The notes under the pieces are model-generated. The model saw only the letters and a program-made list of their open reading frames with translations, was not told where the DNA came from and ran no database searches. Shown one piece after another: positions 8,326 to 18,145 of a stretch of DNA of 64,000 nt (the stretch's first letter is position 1; each line of letters begins with the position of its first letter). The translations under genes and the position numbers were made by a program. The stretch is from Candidatus Iainarchaeum sp. (GTDB taxonomy: Archaea > Iainarchaeota > Iainarchaeia > Iainarchaeales > DTGL01): positions 51,281-115,280 of the forward strand of contig JAOAJX010000004.1 in NCBI GenBank assembly GCA_026413945.1, written 5' to 3'.

Positions 8326-9121
8326 TATTTTGTTTGAACTGCAAGGAGAAAAAGCAAAAGCATATCTTGCGAAGGGAAAAAGGATAGATGGCCGCTCACT
8401 TATGGAGTACAGACCAATCTCAATAATACCAAATTTCTCTAAGAACGCAGACGGATCATGTCGTGTTAAAGTCGGGGAAACAGATGTTATTGCAGGTATA
8501 AAGATGGAGATAGGTGCGCCATATCCTGATTCACCCAATGAAGGATCAATAAGTGTTGGTGCTGAGTTTACACCAATGGCATCACCGATATTCGAAACTG
8601 GACCGCCAGATGAATACTCAATAGAGCTTGCAAGGGTGGTTGATAGGTGCATACGGGAGAGCAAAACGCTTGATTTTAAGCAGCTTCTTATAGAGGAAGC
8701 CACAAAGGCATGGATTGTCAACATAGATGTATACGTGGTAAATGATGGTGGCAATCTTTTTGATGCAAGCTCTCTTGCAGCACTTGGTGCACTTATTGTT
8801 GCGAAAATACCAAAGATAGAAGGAGATAAGATAGTTAAAAACGAATATTCTGGAAAACTTGAACTTAGCTGTATGCCCTTGCTTACAACATTTTTCAAGA
8901 TTGGAAACACAATATTTGCAGATGCAACTATAAGTGAAGAAAAAGCGGCAGATGCGAGGATTTCAGTTGGTTCTACGGAAAATAGGCAAATCTGTGCCAT
9001 GCAGAAAGGGCTTGCTGGAAAGTTTACACAGCAAGAGATAGAAAGATGTTTTGAAATGACTTTTGAAAAGGCAGATGAGCTGAGGTCAACTCTTAAAGAT
9101 GCCTTAGCAGCAGAAAGCTAA
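8315..9121 (+). CDS. rrp42: Exosome subunit Rrp42 (probable TTG start after GGAGG)
   Basis: RIDGR, PYPDSPNEG, ELARVVDRCIRES, DGGNLFD, AMQKG. Confidence 0.95.
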   Translation: MRDDILFELQGEKAKAYLAKGKRIDGRSLMEYRPISIIPNFSKNADGSCRVKVGETDVIAGIKMEIGAPYPDSPNEGSISVGAEFTPMASPIFETGPPDEYSIELARVVDRCIRESKTLDFKQLLIEEATKAWIVNIDVYVVNDGGNLFDASSLAALGALIVAKIPKIEGDKIVKNEYSGKLELSCMPLLTTFFKIGNTIFADATISEEKAADARISVGSTENRQICAMQKGLAGKFTQQEIERCFEMTFEKADELRSTLKDALAAES

Positions 9122-9149
9122 CATTATTTCAAAAGGATGAGTGATTTGT

Positions 9150-9527
9150 ATGGGTGATACAAAAAAAGTAAAATATGCCGGTCGTTTTGGGCCGAGGTAT
9201 GGAAAAGCCATTAGAGAAAGTATTGTGGAGGTAGAATCAAAACAACGCAAAAAACATACTTGCCCAAAGTGTGAATCAGAATCAGTAAAAAGAATCTCGA
9301 CAGGAATTTTCTTTTGCAAGAAATGCAATGCTAAGTTTGCTGGGGGGGCATACACTCCGAACACCATGTCAGGAACAATTGTAAAAAAGATGGTTCGAAC
9401 AAAAACATTCTTGCCTATGTTGAAAGAACTCATGGAGCAAACTGAGAAAAAGTTAGAACCGAGGGAAAATAAGGAAAAGCAGGGGAGTCAAAAAATGGAA
9501 GATAAAAATCAGTTTGATGAGGGGTAG
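9150..9527 (+). CDS. rpl37ae: 50S ribosomal protein L37ae (eL43) with charged C-terminal extension
   Basis: AGRFGPRYG, CPKC, CKKC, FAGGAY. Confidence 0.95.
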   Translation: MGDTKKVKYAGRFGPRYGKAIRESIVEVESKQRKKHTCPKCESESVKRISTGIFFCKKCNAKFAGGAYTPNTMSGTIVKKMVRTKTFLPMLKELMEQTEKKLEPRENKEKQGSQKMEDKNQFDEG

Positions 9528-9535
9528 GTGTAAAA

Positions 9536-9667
9536 ATGTACAAATGCCTTAAATGTGGAAAAGAGTTTGCGGACATGCCAAAAGACCAAGTCAGATGCCC
9601 TTACTGTGCATATAGGGTTGTACTCAAAGCAAGATCAGAAGTTACAAAAAAGATAAAAGCGAGATAA
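9536..9667 (+). CDS. rpoP: DNA-directed RNA polymerase subunit P (Rpo12), 43 aa, not in ORF track
   Basis: Hand translation MYKCLKCGKEFADMPKDQVRCPYCAYRVVLKARSEVTKKIKAR; SD AGGTG; canonical position after L37ae. Confidence 0.95.
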   Translation: MYKCLKCGKEFADMPKDQVRCPYCAYRVVLKARSEVTKKIKAR

Positions 9668-9668
9668 G

Positions 9669-9911
9669 ATGCTTGAGCAAATTATTGAATTAAAGCTTCT
9701 GTTTAAAAGCACAGCAGAAGCTAAAATCATATATTGGGCTGTTAAGCCAGATGTGATGAAGCACCAGAGGCGTTCTGAAACAAGGTTCAGAAGAAGCGGT
9801 CATACTTTAGAAATATTCATAAGAGCTCATGATAAAAATGCACTGAGAGCATCTTTTAATGCAATAATGTCTCATTTATCACTAGCAAAAAAAGTAACTG
9901 AAATTTGCTAG
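9669..9911 (+). CDS. pcc1: KEOPS complex subunit Pcc1
   Basis: A-x-IIY-x-AV-x-PD, RS, I-x-A-x-D-x2-ALRASFN; superoperon context. Confidence 0.85.
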   Translation: MLEQIIELKLLFKSTAEAKIIYWAVKPDVMKHQRRSETRFRRSGHTLEIFIRAHDKNALRASFNAIMSHLSLAKKVTEIC

Positions 9912-9941
9912 GTTTTTTAAATAAAAAACAGAGGTGGTTTT

Positions 9942-10280
9942 ATGACTGAAGAACAGCAAAAGCAGCAAAGAATTATGGAATTCCAAAAAGGGAGAGAGCA
10001 GCTATTAAGCTTGGGGTCCAGGAAACAACAGCTCCAGATGCAACTTGCTATTGTGGACAGCGCACTAGTTGAGCTAAAGGATTCTAAACAAGAGAAAGTT
10101 TATAAGTTAGTTGGCAATATAATGATCGAAAAAAGCACAAAAGACGCGGAGAAAGAGCTTAAAGAACTCAAGGAGCAACTCGAATCTAAAATAGATACTA
10201 TGCAAAAACAAGAAGATTCTCTTATAAACCGCTTAAACAAGCTTAAGTCGCAAATAGAATCAAAAGAAAAAGAAGAGTAA
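9942..10280 (+). CDS. pfdB: Prefoldin subunit beta
   Basis: Coiled coils flanking VYKLVGNIMI hairpin. Confidence 0.93.
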   Translation: MTEEQQKQQRIMEFQKGREQLLSLGSRKQQLQMQLAIVDSALVELKDSKQEKVYKLVGNIMIEKSTKDAEKELKELKEQLESKIDTMQKQEDSLINRLNKLKSQIESKEKEE

Positions 10281-10285
10281 TTATA

Positions 10286-11260
10286 ATGGCTGTCAAAGAT
10301 ATTTTGCAATTACGTGGAAAAAACATACTTATTATAACGCATAAAGGGGCTGATGTTGATGCAATAGCATCAGCTGCAGTTTTAAGGGCGACCCTTATTA
10401 AAAATAACAATGTTGAAATTGCTGTCCCTGAACATGTAAATAGGAAAGCGAAGGAGATTGCAGAGAACTTAGACATACCATATTCAATGATGCCTGATTT
10501 TTCTCTTTTTCATGCACTTGTTTTTGTTGATCTAAATTCTTATGAAATGCTTGGCCGCTTTGAGGAAGAAGTTAAGGGCTCTAAATGCCAAAAATTTCTT
10601 TTTGATCACCATACTAAAAGCCAGGATGCTATTACAACTAAAGAAAACAGCTTAATAATTGAAGATGCCGCATCAACCACAGAAGTGCTGTCCTACTTCT
10701 TAAAAGATGAGAAAGAAGAAATAAGCGAAGAACAAGCACTTTTAATTGCTTTAGGCATAATTTCTGACACAGATAGGTTTTCTTTTGCAAGCAAAGATAC
10801 CTTTGGCATAATTGCAGATATGCTAAAGATTAGTAAAAAAGACTTCAATGAAATTTTAAGCATGGTTTCTGAGCAGAGAAGCTTATCTGAGAAGATTGCA
10901 ATATTAAAAGCCATGCAAAAAACCGAGATTATAAAGATAGGTGATATAATAATTGCTAAAGGTTGGATAGGTTCGTTTGAGGCACAAGCAGCTGAAGCCT
11001 TAATAAGCTGTGGCGCTGATGTAGCCTTTGTTGGTGGTGTAACCGACGGCCATGCACGCATTTCTGGAAGGGCTGATTTTTTGTTTGCAAAAAATTATGG
11101 CTTAGACCTTGCAAATGAAATATTTCAGAAGCTAACTCTTTTTTTTGAGGGTCGGGGTGGTGGCCATGCGACTGCAGCTTCTTTCACCGGCAAAGCTCAG
11201 GACCTAGAAAGAATTATGCAAAAATGCTTGGATCTGATAAGTGAAAGACTCGAAGCTTAA
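10286..11260 (+). CDS. DHH/DHHA1 family phosphoesterase
   Basis: THKGADVDA, FDHH, GIISDT, GGGH. Confidence 0.9.
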   Translation: MAVKDILQLRGKNILIITHKGADVDAIASAAVLRATLIKNNNVEIAVPEHVNRKAKEIAENLDIPYSMMPDFSLFHALVFVDLNSYEMLGRFEEEVKGSKCQKFLFDHHTKSQDAITTKENSLIIEDAASTTEVLSYFLKDEKEEISEEQALLIALGIISDTDRFSFASKDTFGIIADMLKISKKDFNEILSMVSEQRSLSEKIAILKAMQKTEIIKIGDIIIAKGWIGSFEAQAAEALISCGADVAFVGGVTDGHARISGRADFLFAKNYGLDLANEIFQKLTLFFEGRGGGHATAASFTGKAQDLERIMQKCLDLISERLEA

Positions 11261-11284
11261 TTTGGATTTAGGCAGCTTTAAGAG

Positions 11285-11983
11285 TCAATTATTAGCTTTT
11301 TCAGAATTAAGTGTGTTAACTATATCAATGAGCTCGCTTATATCTTTTAGTTCAAAATCTGGTTTTGTTGATGAGTAGTCATGTACCACTTGCCCATATT
11401 TTGCAAGGGCTGTCTTCATGCCCAATTTTTTTGCACCTAGAATGTCCCTCGCTGGATTATCTCCAACAAAGAGAATCTCTTGCGGTTTAAGATGGAGTGC
11501 CTTTAGGGCTTTTTTGTAGGGGCTTGCATGTGGCTTCATTTTTCCCTTGGGGCCACGAGCAACCACAACATCAAAAAATTCGCAAAGATTCATTTCGGCC
11601 AGACGCAACCATGCTTGCTTTATTGGTGCATCGCTTACTATGCCTATGCCAATTCCAAGCGACTTTAGTTTTATTAGTGTTTTCCTTGTGTTTGGATAAG
11701 GCGTCAATGATCCCATTTTGGCTTTCCTATATGCTACAATTGCGTTTGCAAGCATTGCATAATCCATTTTTCCGTTTACCTCTTTGATAAATCTATCAAA
11801 TATGCTTTGATTTTCCATTCCATACTTCTCGTACATATCAAAAAGGATCTTAATTCCCTTTTCTTCATCTATCTGCAGACCAGCCTCAATCATTGCTCTT
11901 ATAGCGGCTTCGCTTGCTGCGCGTTTCATCCGCATGAAATCTACTAAAGTGTTATCTAAATCAAATACAACAGCTCTTATCAT
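11285..11983 (-). CDS. HAD-superfamily hydrolase
   Basis: FDLDNTL, VSDA, KP, FVGDNPARDILGA. Confidence 0.92.
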   Translation of the reverse strand: MIRAVVFDLDNTLVDFMRMKRAASEAAIRAMIEAGLQIDEEKGIKILFDMYEKYGMENQSIFDRFIKEVNGKMDYAMLANAIVAYRKAKMGSLTPYPNTRKTLIKLKSLGIGIGIVSDAPIKQAWLRLAEMNLCEFFDVVVARGPKGKMKPHASPYKKALKALHLKPQEILFVGDNPARDILGAKKLGMKTALAKYGQVVHDYSSTKPDFELKDISELIDIVNTLNSEKANN

Positions 11984-12035
11984 AAAAATCTATACTTATG
12001 AATAATTTTAAAAGACTCGAGTTTACAAAAAGGTG

Positions 12036-12359
12036 TCATTTCATGTTTTTTATTTTTAGGAAACAGTATTCACATATAAATTTCTTGTTGAAATCAATGC
12101 CAACTTCACTGTAGTTTCCGCAAAGAGTACATTGAGTCCCTTTTTTTTGTGTCTTCATAGTTGCCCAATCATAAAGCAGTTCCCATGTTACCCAATTTGG
12201 TAGCATTAACTCTTGCATCACACTTTTATCATTGCGTGCTATTCGCTCAGCATAAGTTGTCAGAACATATTTTTCAATGTTCTCTAACCACTTAACACGG
12301 TCAATGTTGCCCTTGCGTGTGAATTCCATTATCTTTTGTTTATAGATTTCTCCTGCCAT
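12036..12359 (-). CDS. Hypothetical protein with C-terminal C4 zinc finger
   Basis: CTLCG...ICEYC; SD GGTGA upstream. Confidence 0.7.
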   Translation of the reverse strand: MAGEIYKQKIMEFTRKGNIDRVKWLENIEKYVLTTYAERIARNDKSVMQELMLPNWVTWELLYDWATMKTQKKGTQCTLCGNYSEVGIDFNKKFICEYCFLKIKNMK

Positions 12360-12416
12360 ATAATCACCAAATAAAGATAAGCGGTATTATTTTTATTTTT
12401 TTGCTTTAAGCGAAAA

Positions 12417-12827
12417 TTACCTTAGATAAACTATTAAACTACGGCTTTTTACTTTTTTTCTTTTTGAGTATTTTTCAAGATAGTGAATGGTGCTTTTTGG
12501 TATACCAGTAACTTGCTCAATTTCGCGCAAAGGTCTGTGGTCACGGCGCATTTCAATTGCTGCTTTTATCTTAAACAATGGCACGCTAAGTGCATTTCCC
12601 CGCTCGGAGACAATAGCAGTGCATATATTGTTGGCTTCTATGAGCTTTTTTGCATTTTTTGAAAGTCTAGCATGAGAAGTTTTGCTCATAGTTATATTCT
12701 TTAAATTTTTACACTTTTTGATAAGAGATCTGACTCCAGCGGCTGAAATTGGCCTTGTGAGGTGAACCTCCTCAACATCTTTTGGAACATTTCGAACATC
12801 GGCAGCATGACTAATTGAAACTTTCAT
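12417..12827 (-). CDS. DUF1699-like protein with C-terminal helix-turn-helix
   Basis: EEVHL...KKCKNL N-terminal pattern; LREIEQVTGIPKSTIHY HTH. Confidence 0.65.
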   Translation of the reverse strand: MKVSISHAADVRNVPKDVEEVHLTRPISAAGVRSLIKKCKNLKNITMSKTSHARLSKNAKKLIEANNICTAIVSERGNALSVPLFKIKAAIEMRRDHRPLREIEQVTGIPKSTIHYLEKYSKRKKVKSRSLIVYLR

Positions 12828-14311
12828 TGCAAATGCGCCTCGGTTGCTTTAAAGGCAAATTCCAAGAATTTTTGCATTTTGTCGTTGAGATCGCGAAATT
12901 TGGCTTTGATATTCTTTGCGCGGACAACAAAAATATCAAAATCATCGGTTTTTTGCAGTTGCTTAGGCCCAGCGACCACTATTTTTGCTTTTGGAATCTC
13001 TGGTGCAAAGCTGTTCAACTCATTTATACAGCTAACCATCATTTCTTTTTTAGTGGCCTTGCATGGCTCTAAAGAGGTTTCAAGCTTTTCCAATGCTTTT
13101 TTTGTAAATTCTCTCGAATCATAAATATTTTCTTTTTCATTTAGAAAAGATTGCATAGCATAGTGGAGCTTTTCAAAGCCATTTCTAAATATATAGTCTC
13201 TGACAAAAAGCTCTGAAAAGGCATAACCAAAAGTCCTTTTTTCTGAGTTTTCAGCATTCCATTCAGCCATATATGAGGATTCATCATTGTAATATTGGTA
13301 AAGATCGTTGAAATCTCCTGATGGAAAAATTGTGTAGACATAGCGCCCCTCAATATATTTTTTCTCACCAAGGAAAAGGTTTGGCACCTTAATGCCAAGG
13401 TTTTTTGAAACTAGATACTCTATAAACTTTGCAAGGCCTTCGTCAAGCCATACGGCTTTGCTTGAATTCCATGCAAATGCTTTTGCATTGAAACAGTGAG
13501 CCAACTCATGAAGAATCACTGGCAAAGCTGATTTTTTTTCACGCAAAACGCTTTCTTTGAGCAATATAAGGCCGCCATTTACATATATGCCACGGCTATA
13601 GTTGTTAACTCTAGAATTATAATTACTATCGCATAGTATTGCTATAGCGTATATGTCTTGGTCTGGCTCTATGCCTAACACGTTTGGCAATATAAAATAT
13701 AAGTTCTCAGCTTCATTGAAAATTTCAGTCAGGTGCGCGTTGCTTATGCTACCATCTTCAAATACAATAAAACGCCCAAATCTTTGGCCAGAGTGAGAAT
13801 ATATAAATCTTACATGTAATGGGCCGTAGCCAACAAGAAAAAGCTCGCCACCCTTTACAGAACCTTTAAAGCCCGGGCTTGCATCAAAGCCATGGATGGG
13901 TCCATGAGCACGAAAATAAAGCTCAGTGTTATCCTCAGCGGCAACAGAAAAATCGAGTATTCTTGCCTGTAAGAATGCTTCTTTTTCAAGCTCTTTATAT
14001 TGTGCTTCTATTTTCAAAAGTTCTTCTTTTCTCTTAGCAGATGAGTTTGTCTTCACAAAAAGTTTTCCGTCACGAACTTCATAATTCTTTATATTCCCAA
14101 TGGAGTCAGAAATTTTTATTATCCTGTTGCCCTGAAAAGGCATCTCAATTGAAAAATAGTTTATTGGTGTTTCAGAATAAAGGTTAATAGATATTGAAGC
14201 AATAGCTTCTTGATCCTTTATATTCAGGTTGCAATCAATCCTAGTTATTTTTGAATATGCTGGCAATGTGAAAAAAAACATAAATGCTAGAAATAATGCC
14301 TTTTTCTTCAC
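12824..14311 (-). CDS. Secreted gluzincin (M1-like) zinc metallopeptidase
   Basis: Signal peptide; HELAH followed exactly 18 residues later by E (WLDEG); downstream GY. Confidence 0.8.
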   Translation of the reverse strand: MKKKALFLAFMFFFTLPAYSKITRIDCNLNIKDQEAIASISINLYSETPINYFSIEMPFQGNRIIKISDSIGNIKNYEVRDGKLFVKTNSSAKRKEELLKIEAQYKELEKEAFLQARILDFSVAAEDNTELYFRAHGPIHGFDASPGFKGSVKGGELFLVGYGPLHVRFIYSHSGQRFGRFIVFEDGSISNAHLTEIFNEAENLYFILPNVLGIEPDQDIYAIAILCDSNYNSRVNNYSRGIYVNGGLILLKESVLREKKSALPVILHELAHCFNAKAFAWNSSKAVWLDEGLAKFIEYLVSKNLGIKVPNLFLGEKKYIEGRYVYTIFPSGDFNDLYQYYNDESSYMAEWNAENSEKRTFGYAFSELFVRDYIFRNGFEKLHYAMQSFLNEKENIYDSREFTKKALEKLETSLEPCKATKKEMMVSCINELNSFAPEIPKAKIVVAGPKQLQKTDDFDIFVVRAKNIKAKFRDLNDKMQKFLEFAFKATEAHLQ

Positions 14312-14438
14312 AAGAAAAAATAAGCATGATTGGATATTTATTAGTTTCCATCACTTTGTAATAGAGGATTCAGTAAAAATGATTCCTTTTTTAAGCTTAT
14401 TATTTTTTATCTCTTATGAAATTAAGCGAGGATTCTTA

Positions 14439-15713
14439 ATGTCTTTTAAGATTACTGGGCTCGGCGCTTGTGGTGAAGTGGGTAGGAGCAGCTTTTTGTT
14501 AGATTTCGGAGACAAGATACTTTTAGATAGGGGCATAAAGCTAACCCCTGATGAGACTGAATACCCATTGCATGTGCAAAGCCAGTTAGATGCGGCAATA
14601 ATATCGCACGCACATTTAGATCATTCTGGTGATCTTCCACACCTTTTTACAAAAAACAAGCCAATTGTATATTTAACACCACCGACACTTGATCTTGCAG
14701 AGATGCTTTGGCATGATTCTCTGAAAATCGCCGGCATCGAGGGAATAGATGCTAAATTTTCAAAGGCAGATATAAAGCGGACTCGCAGATTTTCATTTCC
14801 AATAGGATACAGGACAAATCTTAGGATTACGGAAAGGGTTTCACTTGAGTTTTTCGATGCTGGCCACATAGTCGGCTCATCTATGGCTAAGCTAAGTTTC
14901 GATGGAAAATCGCTTCTCTACACTGGCGATTTTAAAGTTGAAGAAACTCGGCTTCTGAAAAAAGCAGATCTTAAAATAGGCAAAGTCGATTATCTTATTA
15001 TAGAAGGCACATACGGTGACACGAGCCACCCAAAAAGGCAAAAAATTGAAAAGGAATTTGTCGAGGCATGCTTACAGACAGTTGAGAGAAATGGTGTAGC
15101 AATTGTGCCTGCATTTGCAGTTGGTAGGTCACATGAACTAATAGATGTCCTTAGCGAGTATAAAGTGGAGGTGCCAGTATACATAGACGGTATGGCACAA
15201 AAAGCAGCAGCCCTAACAATGCGCTACCCGGGATATCTAAAAGACCCTAAAGCATTAAAGAGAGCACTTGAAAAAGCAATTTGGATAAGGAAAGATTCCC
15301 AAAGAAAAAGAGTTATTGAAGAGCCGTGCATAATAATAACTACCGCAGGTATGTGTGAAGGCGGACCAGTGATGAATTATATAAAGAATCTATGCAATGA
15401 TGAAAAATCCTCTATATTCCTCACCGGCTACCAAGTTATTGGAACGCAAGGCCGCAGACTTATAGAGGAAGGAGTAATAAACATTGACGGCAAGGATTAT
15501 AGGCCAAAATGCGATATAAGAAAATTTGACTTCTCTGCGCATGCTGGGCAAAGTGAGCTATTGCATGCAATAAAAAAGTGGTCTCCTGAAAGGGTTTTTA
15601 TTGTGCATGGTGAGCCGGAGAAGATAGAAGCCTTGAAAGATAAAGTAAAGGATGATCTTGGCATAAAGGCCGAGGCACTTGAATTTGGCAAGACAATTAA
15701 AGTTGGTGAGTGA
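14439..15713 (+). CDS. beta-CASP metallo-beta-lactamase ribonuclease (aCPSF2-like)
   Basis: EVGRS, SHAHLDHSG, AGHIVGS, YTGDF, FAVGRS, FSAHA, VHGE. Confidence 0.92.
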   Translation: MSFKITGLGACGEVGRSSFLLDFGDKILLDRGIKLTPDETEYPLHVQSQLDAAIISHAHLDHSGDLPHLFTKNKPIVYLTPPTLDLAEMLWHDSLKIAGIEGIDAKFSKADIKRTRRFSFPIGYRTNLRITERVSLEFFDAGHIVGSSMAKLSFDGKSLLYTGDFKVEETRLLKKADLKIGKVDYLIIEGTYGDTSHPKRQKIEKEFVEACLQTVERNGVAIVPAFAVGRSHELIDVLSEYKVEVPVYIDGMAQKAAALTMRYPGYLKDPKALKRALEKAIWIRKDSQRKRVIEEPCIIITTAGMCEGGPVMNYIKNLCNDEKSSIFLTGYQVIGTQGRRLIEEGVINIDGKDYRPKCDIRKFDFSAHAGQSELLHAIKKWSPERVFIVHGEPEKIEALKDKVKDDLGIKAEALEFGKTIKVGE

Positions 15714-16507
15714 TGGGCCTTATAATTTTTATGGAGGAAGCTTTCAAACTCATGCTTAAAGAACCAAAGCTCTTCATTCCAAAAATTATTGTTGCAATAA
15801 TTTATAGCATACCTCTTCTCTGGCTGGCTTACCTGCTTGTAAACAATGCAGCACTTTTCGATATTATGGTGAAAGGTGAAATGCCATCGATAAGAGAATT
15901 ACGTTCAATTTCAGAAATTTTTTTGCAGCTTATGCTAATATCTGCAATAACTTTCATTGCTTTTGTAATGGATACGCTTGTAAATGCAATGTATCCTACA
16001 CTTTTGAGGGATTATTACAAGAAAAAGAAACTCTCACTAAGAAGTGCATTCTGTGGGTCGCTTAAGAATACTTTCAGAATATTACCTATAGGCCTTGCAT
16101 TGGTACTGCTTGTTTCACTGCCAATAAGCATTGCACAAATGTATTTTGCAAAAGCAAGCAAAAGTTTTTTTCATACTGCCATATTTGGGCTTTTTCTAAC
16201 GCTTTTGGGTTCGCTTTTCGTTGTCGCAATATTTTACTTTGTTTATCCCACAATAATTTTAGATGATAAACCGGTAAAGTATTGCCTAAAAAAGAACTTC
16301 AATCTGGTGAAAAAAAATAAAGGCACTGTTTTAAGCGCTTCACTCATATCACTTGCATCAGCAATAGTTTCGCTTGGTTTTTCTTTTGCTGCTGTGCTTC
16401 AACCTATTTTCCTATTGTTGTTTTTTCTCGAGCGCTTGTTAGTTATTGTCTTGTTTACATATCAAAATGTGCTTAACCAAGTGGTTTACTTTGGTGTGTC
16501 AAAATGA
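15710..16507 (+). CDS. Hypothetical multi-pass membrane protein
   Basis: Several hydrophobic segments; overlapping start/stop with both neighbours. Confidence 0.7.
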   Translation: MMGLIIFMEEAFKLMLKEPKLFIPKIIVAIIYSIPLLWLAYLLVNNAALFDIMVKGEMPSIRELRSISEIFLQLMLISAITFIAFVMDTLVNAMYPTLLRDYYKKKKLSLRSAFCGSLKNTFRILPIGLALVLLVSLPISIAQMYFAKASKSFFHTAIFGLFLTLLGSLFVVAIFYFVYPTIILDDKPVKYCLKKNFNLVKKNKGTVLSASLISLASAIVSLGFSFAAVLQPIFLLLFFLERLLVIVLFTYQNVLNQVVYFGVSK

Positions 16508-17184
16508 AGCTCTTCTGCCCAAAATGTGGCTCTGAGAAAGGGCCTTTTATAAACCATTTATGCAAAAGTTGCTATAGTGAAGAAAATGAGTTGGCAGTTG
16601 TGCCAAGAAAAATGTTGTTGCCAAAATGCAAACGCTGTGGCTTGATATTGGTAAAAAGGCATTGGGTTGAAGAAAGCAATGAAAAAATAAAAGTTTTTTT
16701 GGCTGATAACATAAGAAAATTTTATGTCGATGATTGCTCATTAGAGGCAAAATTGGAAAAGGACTTTATTGGATACAAAGGAAAAGTATGCATAAGTGGA
16801 AAAGCTTTTGGAAAAAATGTTGATAAAACATATGAGTTAGAGATAAGATATGAACAAAAACAATGTGATCAGTGCAAAAAAAAGGCCTCTTCTTACTACG
16901 AAGCCGAGATACAAATAAGGGCAGATAAAGAAACCACTGAGAAAATAATTTATTTTATAGAATCTCTTAATGAGATTGAAAAAAGAGATATTGTAAAGAA
17001 AATCAAAAACAAGAGAGGTGCTGACATTTTTGTTATATCAAACAGAAGTGCAAAAAAAATTGCAAAAGCCATCGAAAGGAGTTTCAAAACATGCTTTAAG
17101 GCATCTAGCACTTTACGCGGAATTAATAAAAATGGCAAAGAGCAGCTGCGCCATACATATTTAGTTAGGACAGCAAATAAATAA
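16504..17184 (+). CDS. NMD3-family ribosome-associated protein
   Basis: Four CxxC pairs and YYEAEIQIR. Confidence 0.9.
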   Translation: MKLFCPKCGSEKGPFINHLCKSCYSEENELAVVPRKMLLPKCKRCGLILVKRHWVEESNEKIKVFLADNIRKFYVDDCSLEAKLEKDFIGYKGKVCISGKAFGKNVDKTYELEIRYEQKQCDQCKKKASSYYEAEIQIRADKETTEKIIYFIESLNEIEKRDIVKKIKNKRGADIFVISNRSAKKIAKAIERSFKTCFKASSTLRGINKNGKEQLRHTYLVRTANK

Positions 17185-17197
17185 GTTAGCGCAGGGA

Positions 17198-17920
17198 TTA
17201 GATCTCAAACTTCTTCAGCGCTTGCTTTATTTCATTTATAGGGGTATTACAAACTAGAAGGGGTATCCTCTCAGTCTCAGCAATCTTCTTCGCAACTTCA
17301 TCAATGTTTTTTGGATCATCAGGACCGTGCAATACAACTATTGCTGGCTTCATATCTGTGCTAAAGCGACCTATTTTAACAGCTATCATTGGTGAGCGTC
17401 CATTTGAAACCTTTTGGAATATAAGCGCACGCGCGGGAGTTCTTCCATAAAGATGCATATACTCATGCACAGGAACATCAATTATAACCTTAAGCGAGTC
17501 AATGAAAGTGTATCCATAAACCATAGTCTCACTGAGCCTAGCTTCATGAACAATACAACTAGCTTTTATCAATTTGGCAAATTCAGCAGCGGATATTGCT
17601 CTTGTAAATTCATGAATATCAAAAGCTTCTTCGCCGGGGTCAAAATCCTTCAAAAGCTGCCTTACCACGCGGCTTCCTCTTTGGGTATCTATCTCAATGA
17701 GCGCATTTACGAACCTTTTTATAACGCCTATGCCTGGGCTTTTTCTTCGGCCACCTTCGTAGTCGCTTACTGTTGATGGGCTAACCTTTAGATGCTCTGA
17801 TAGCTCCGTTTGTGTTATGCCAAATATTTCACGCCATTTTTTCATGCTGCTGCCTGGGTCGCTGCTTAAAGTAATTTCTCCAGCCATTGTTACAGCTAGT
17901 TTCTCTGTAATAAAAATCAC
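17198..17920 (-). CDS. Archaeal XRE-family HTH transcriptional regulator (COG1709-like)
   Basis: MAGEITLS..PG..MKKWRE.F, SDYE.GRRKSPG, YGYT..DS, GRSPMIAV. Confidence 0.9.
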   Translation of the reverse strand: MIFITEKLAVTMAGEITLSSDPGSSMKKWREIFGITQTELSEHLKVSPSTVSDYEGGRRKSPGIGVIKRFVNALIEIDTQRGSRVVRQLLKDFDPGEEAFDIHEFTRAISAAEFAKLIKASCIVHEARLSETMVYGYTFIDSLKVIIDVPVHEYMHLYGRTPARALIFQKVSNGRSPMIAVKIGRFSTDMKPAIVVLHGPDDPKNIDEVAKKIAETERIPLLVCNTPINEIKQALKKFEI

Positions 17921-17954
17921 CTAAATATTAATTATAACTGAATATTTAAATTGG

Positions 17955-17994
17955 TTTCGTCAATCGTCCCTTTTTGGAGAGTTTTTTGACGAAA
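17955..17994. promoter_or_regulatory. Inverted repeat TTTCGTCAA-N22-TTGACGAAA, probable operator
   Basis: Perfect 9-bp arms at 17955-17963 and 17986-17994 in the promoter region of the HTH regulator. Confidence 0.5.
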
Positions 17995-18010
17995 TATTGC
18001 AAACAAAAGA

Positions 18011-18083
18011 TGGGCCCGGAGGGATTCGAACCCCCGATCTGCAGCTTAGAAGGCTGCTGCCTTATCCACTAGGCTACGAGCCC
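18011..18083 (-). tRNA. tRNA-Arg(TCT)
   Basis: Reverse complement GGGCTCGTAGCCTAGTGGATAAGGCAGCAGCCTTCTAAGCTGCAGATCGGGGGTTCGAATCCCTCCGGGCCCA; anticodon loop CT-TCT-AA; A20. Confidence 0.96.
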
Positions 18084-18145
18084 GGCCATTAAAGAATAAT
18101 ATTTGAGGCAAATTAAAATAGTTTGCCTTTCAAAGATGTTTTTCC

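Noticed and set aside
8296-9000. 234-aa antisense ORF and many similar 60-180 aa shadow ORFs
   Set aside because: They lie antisense to well-supported genes, have Ser/Phe/Ile-rich mirror composition and no motifs.
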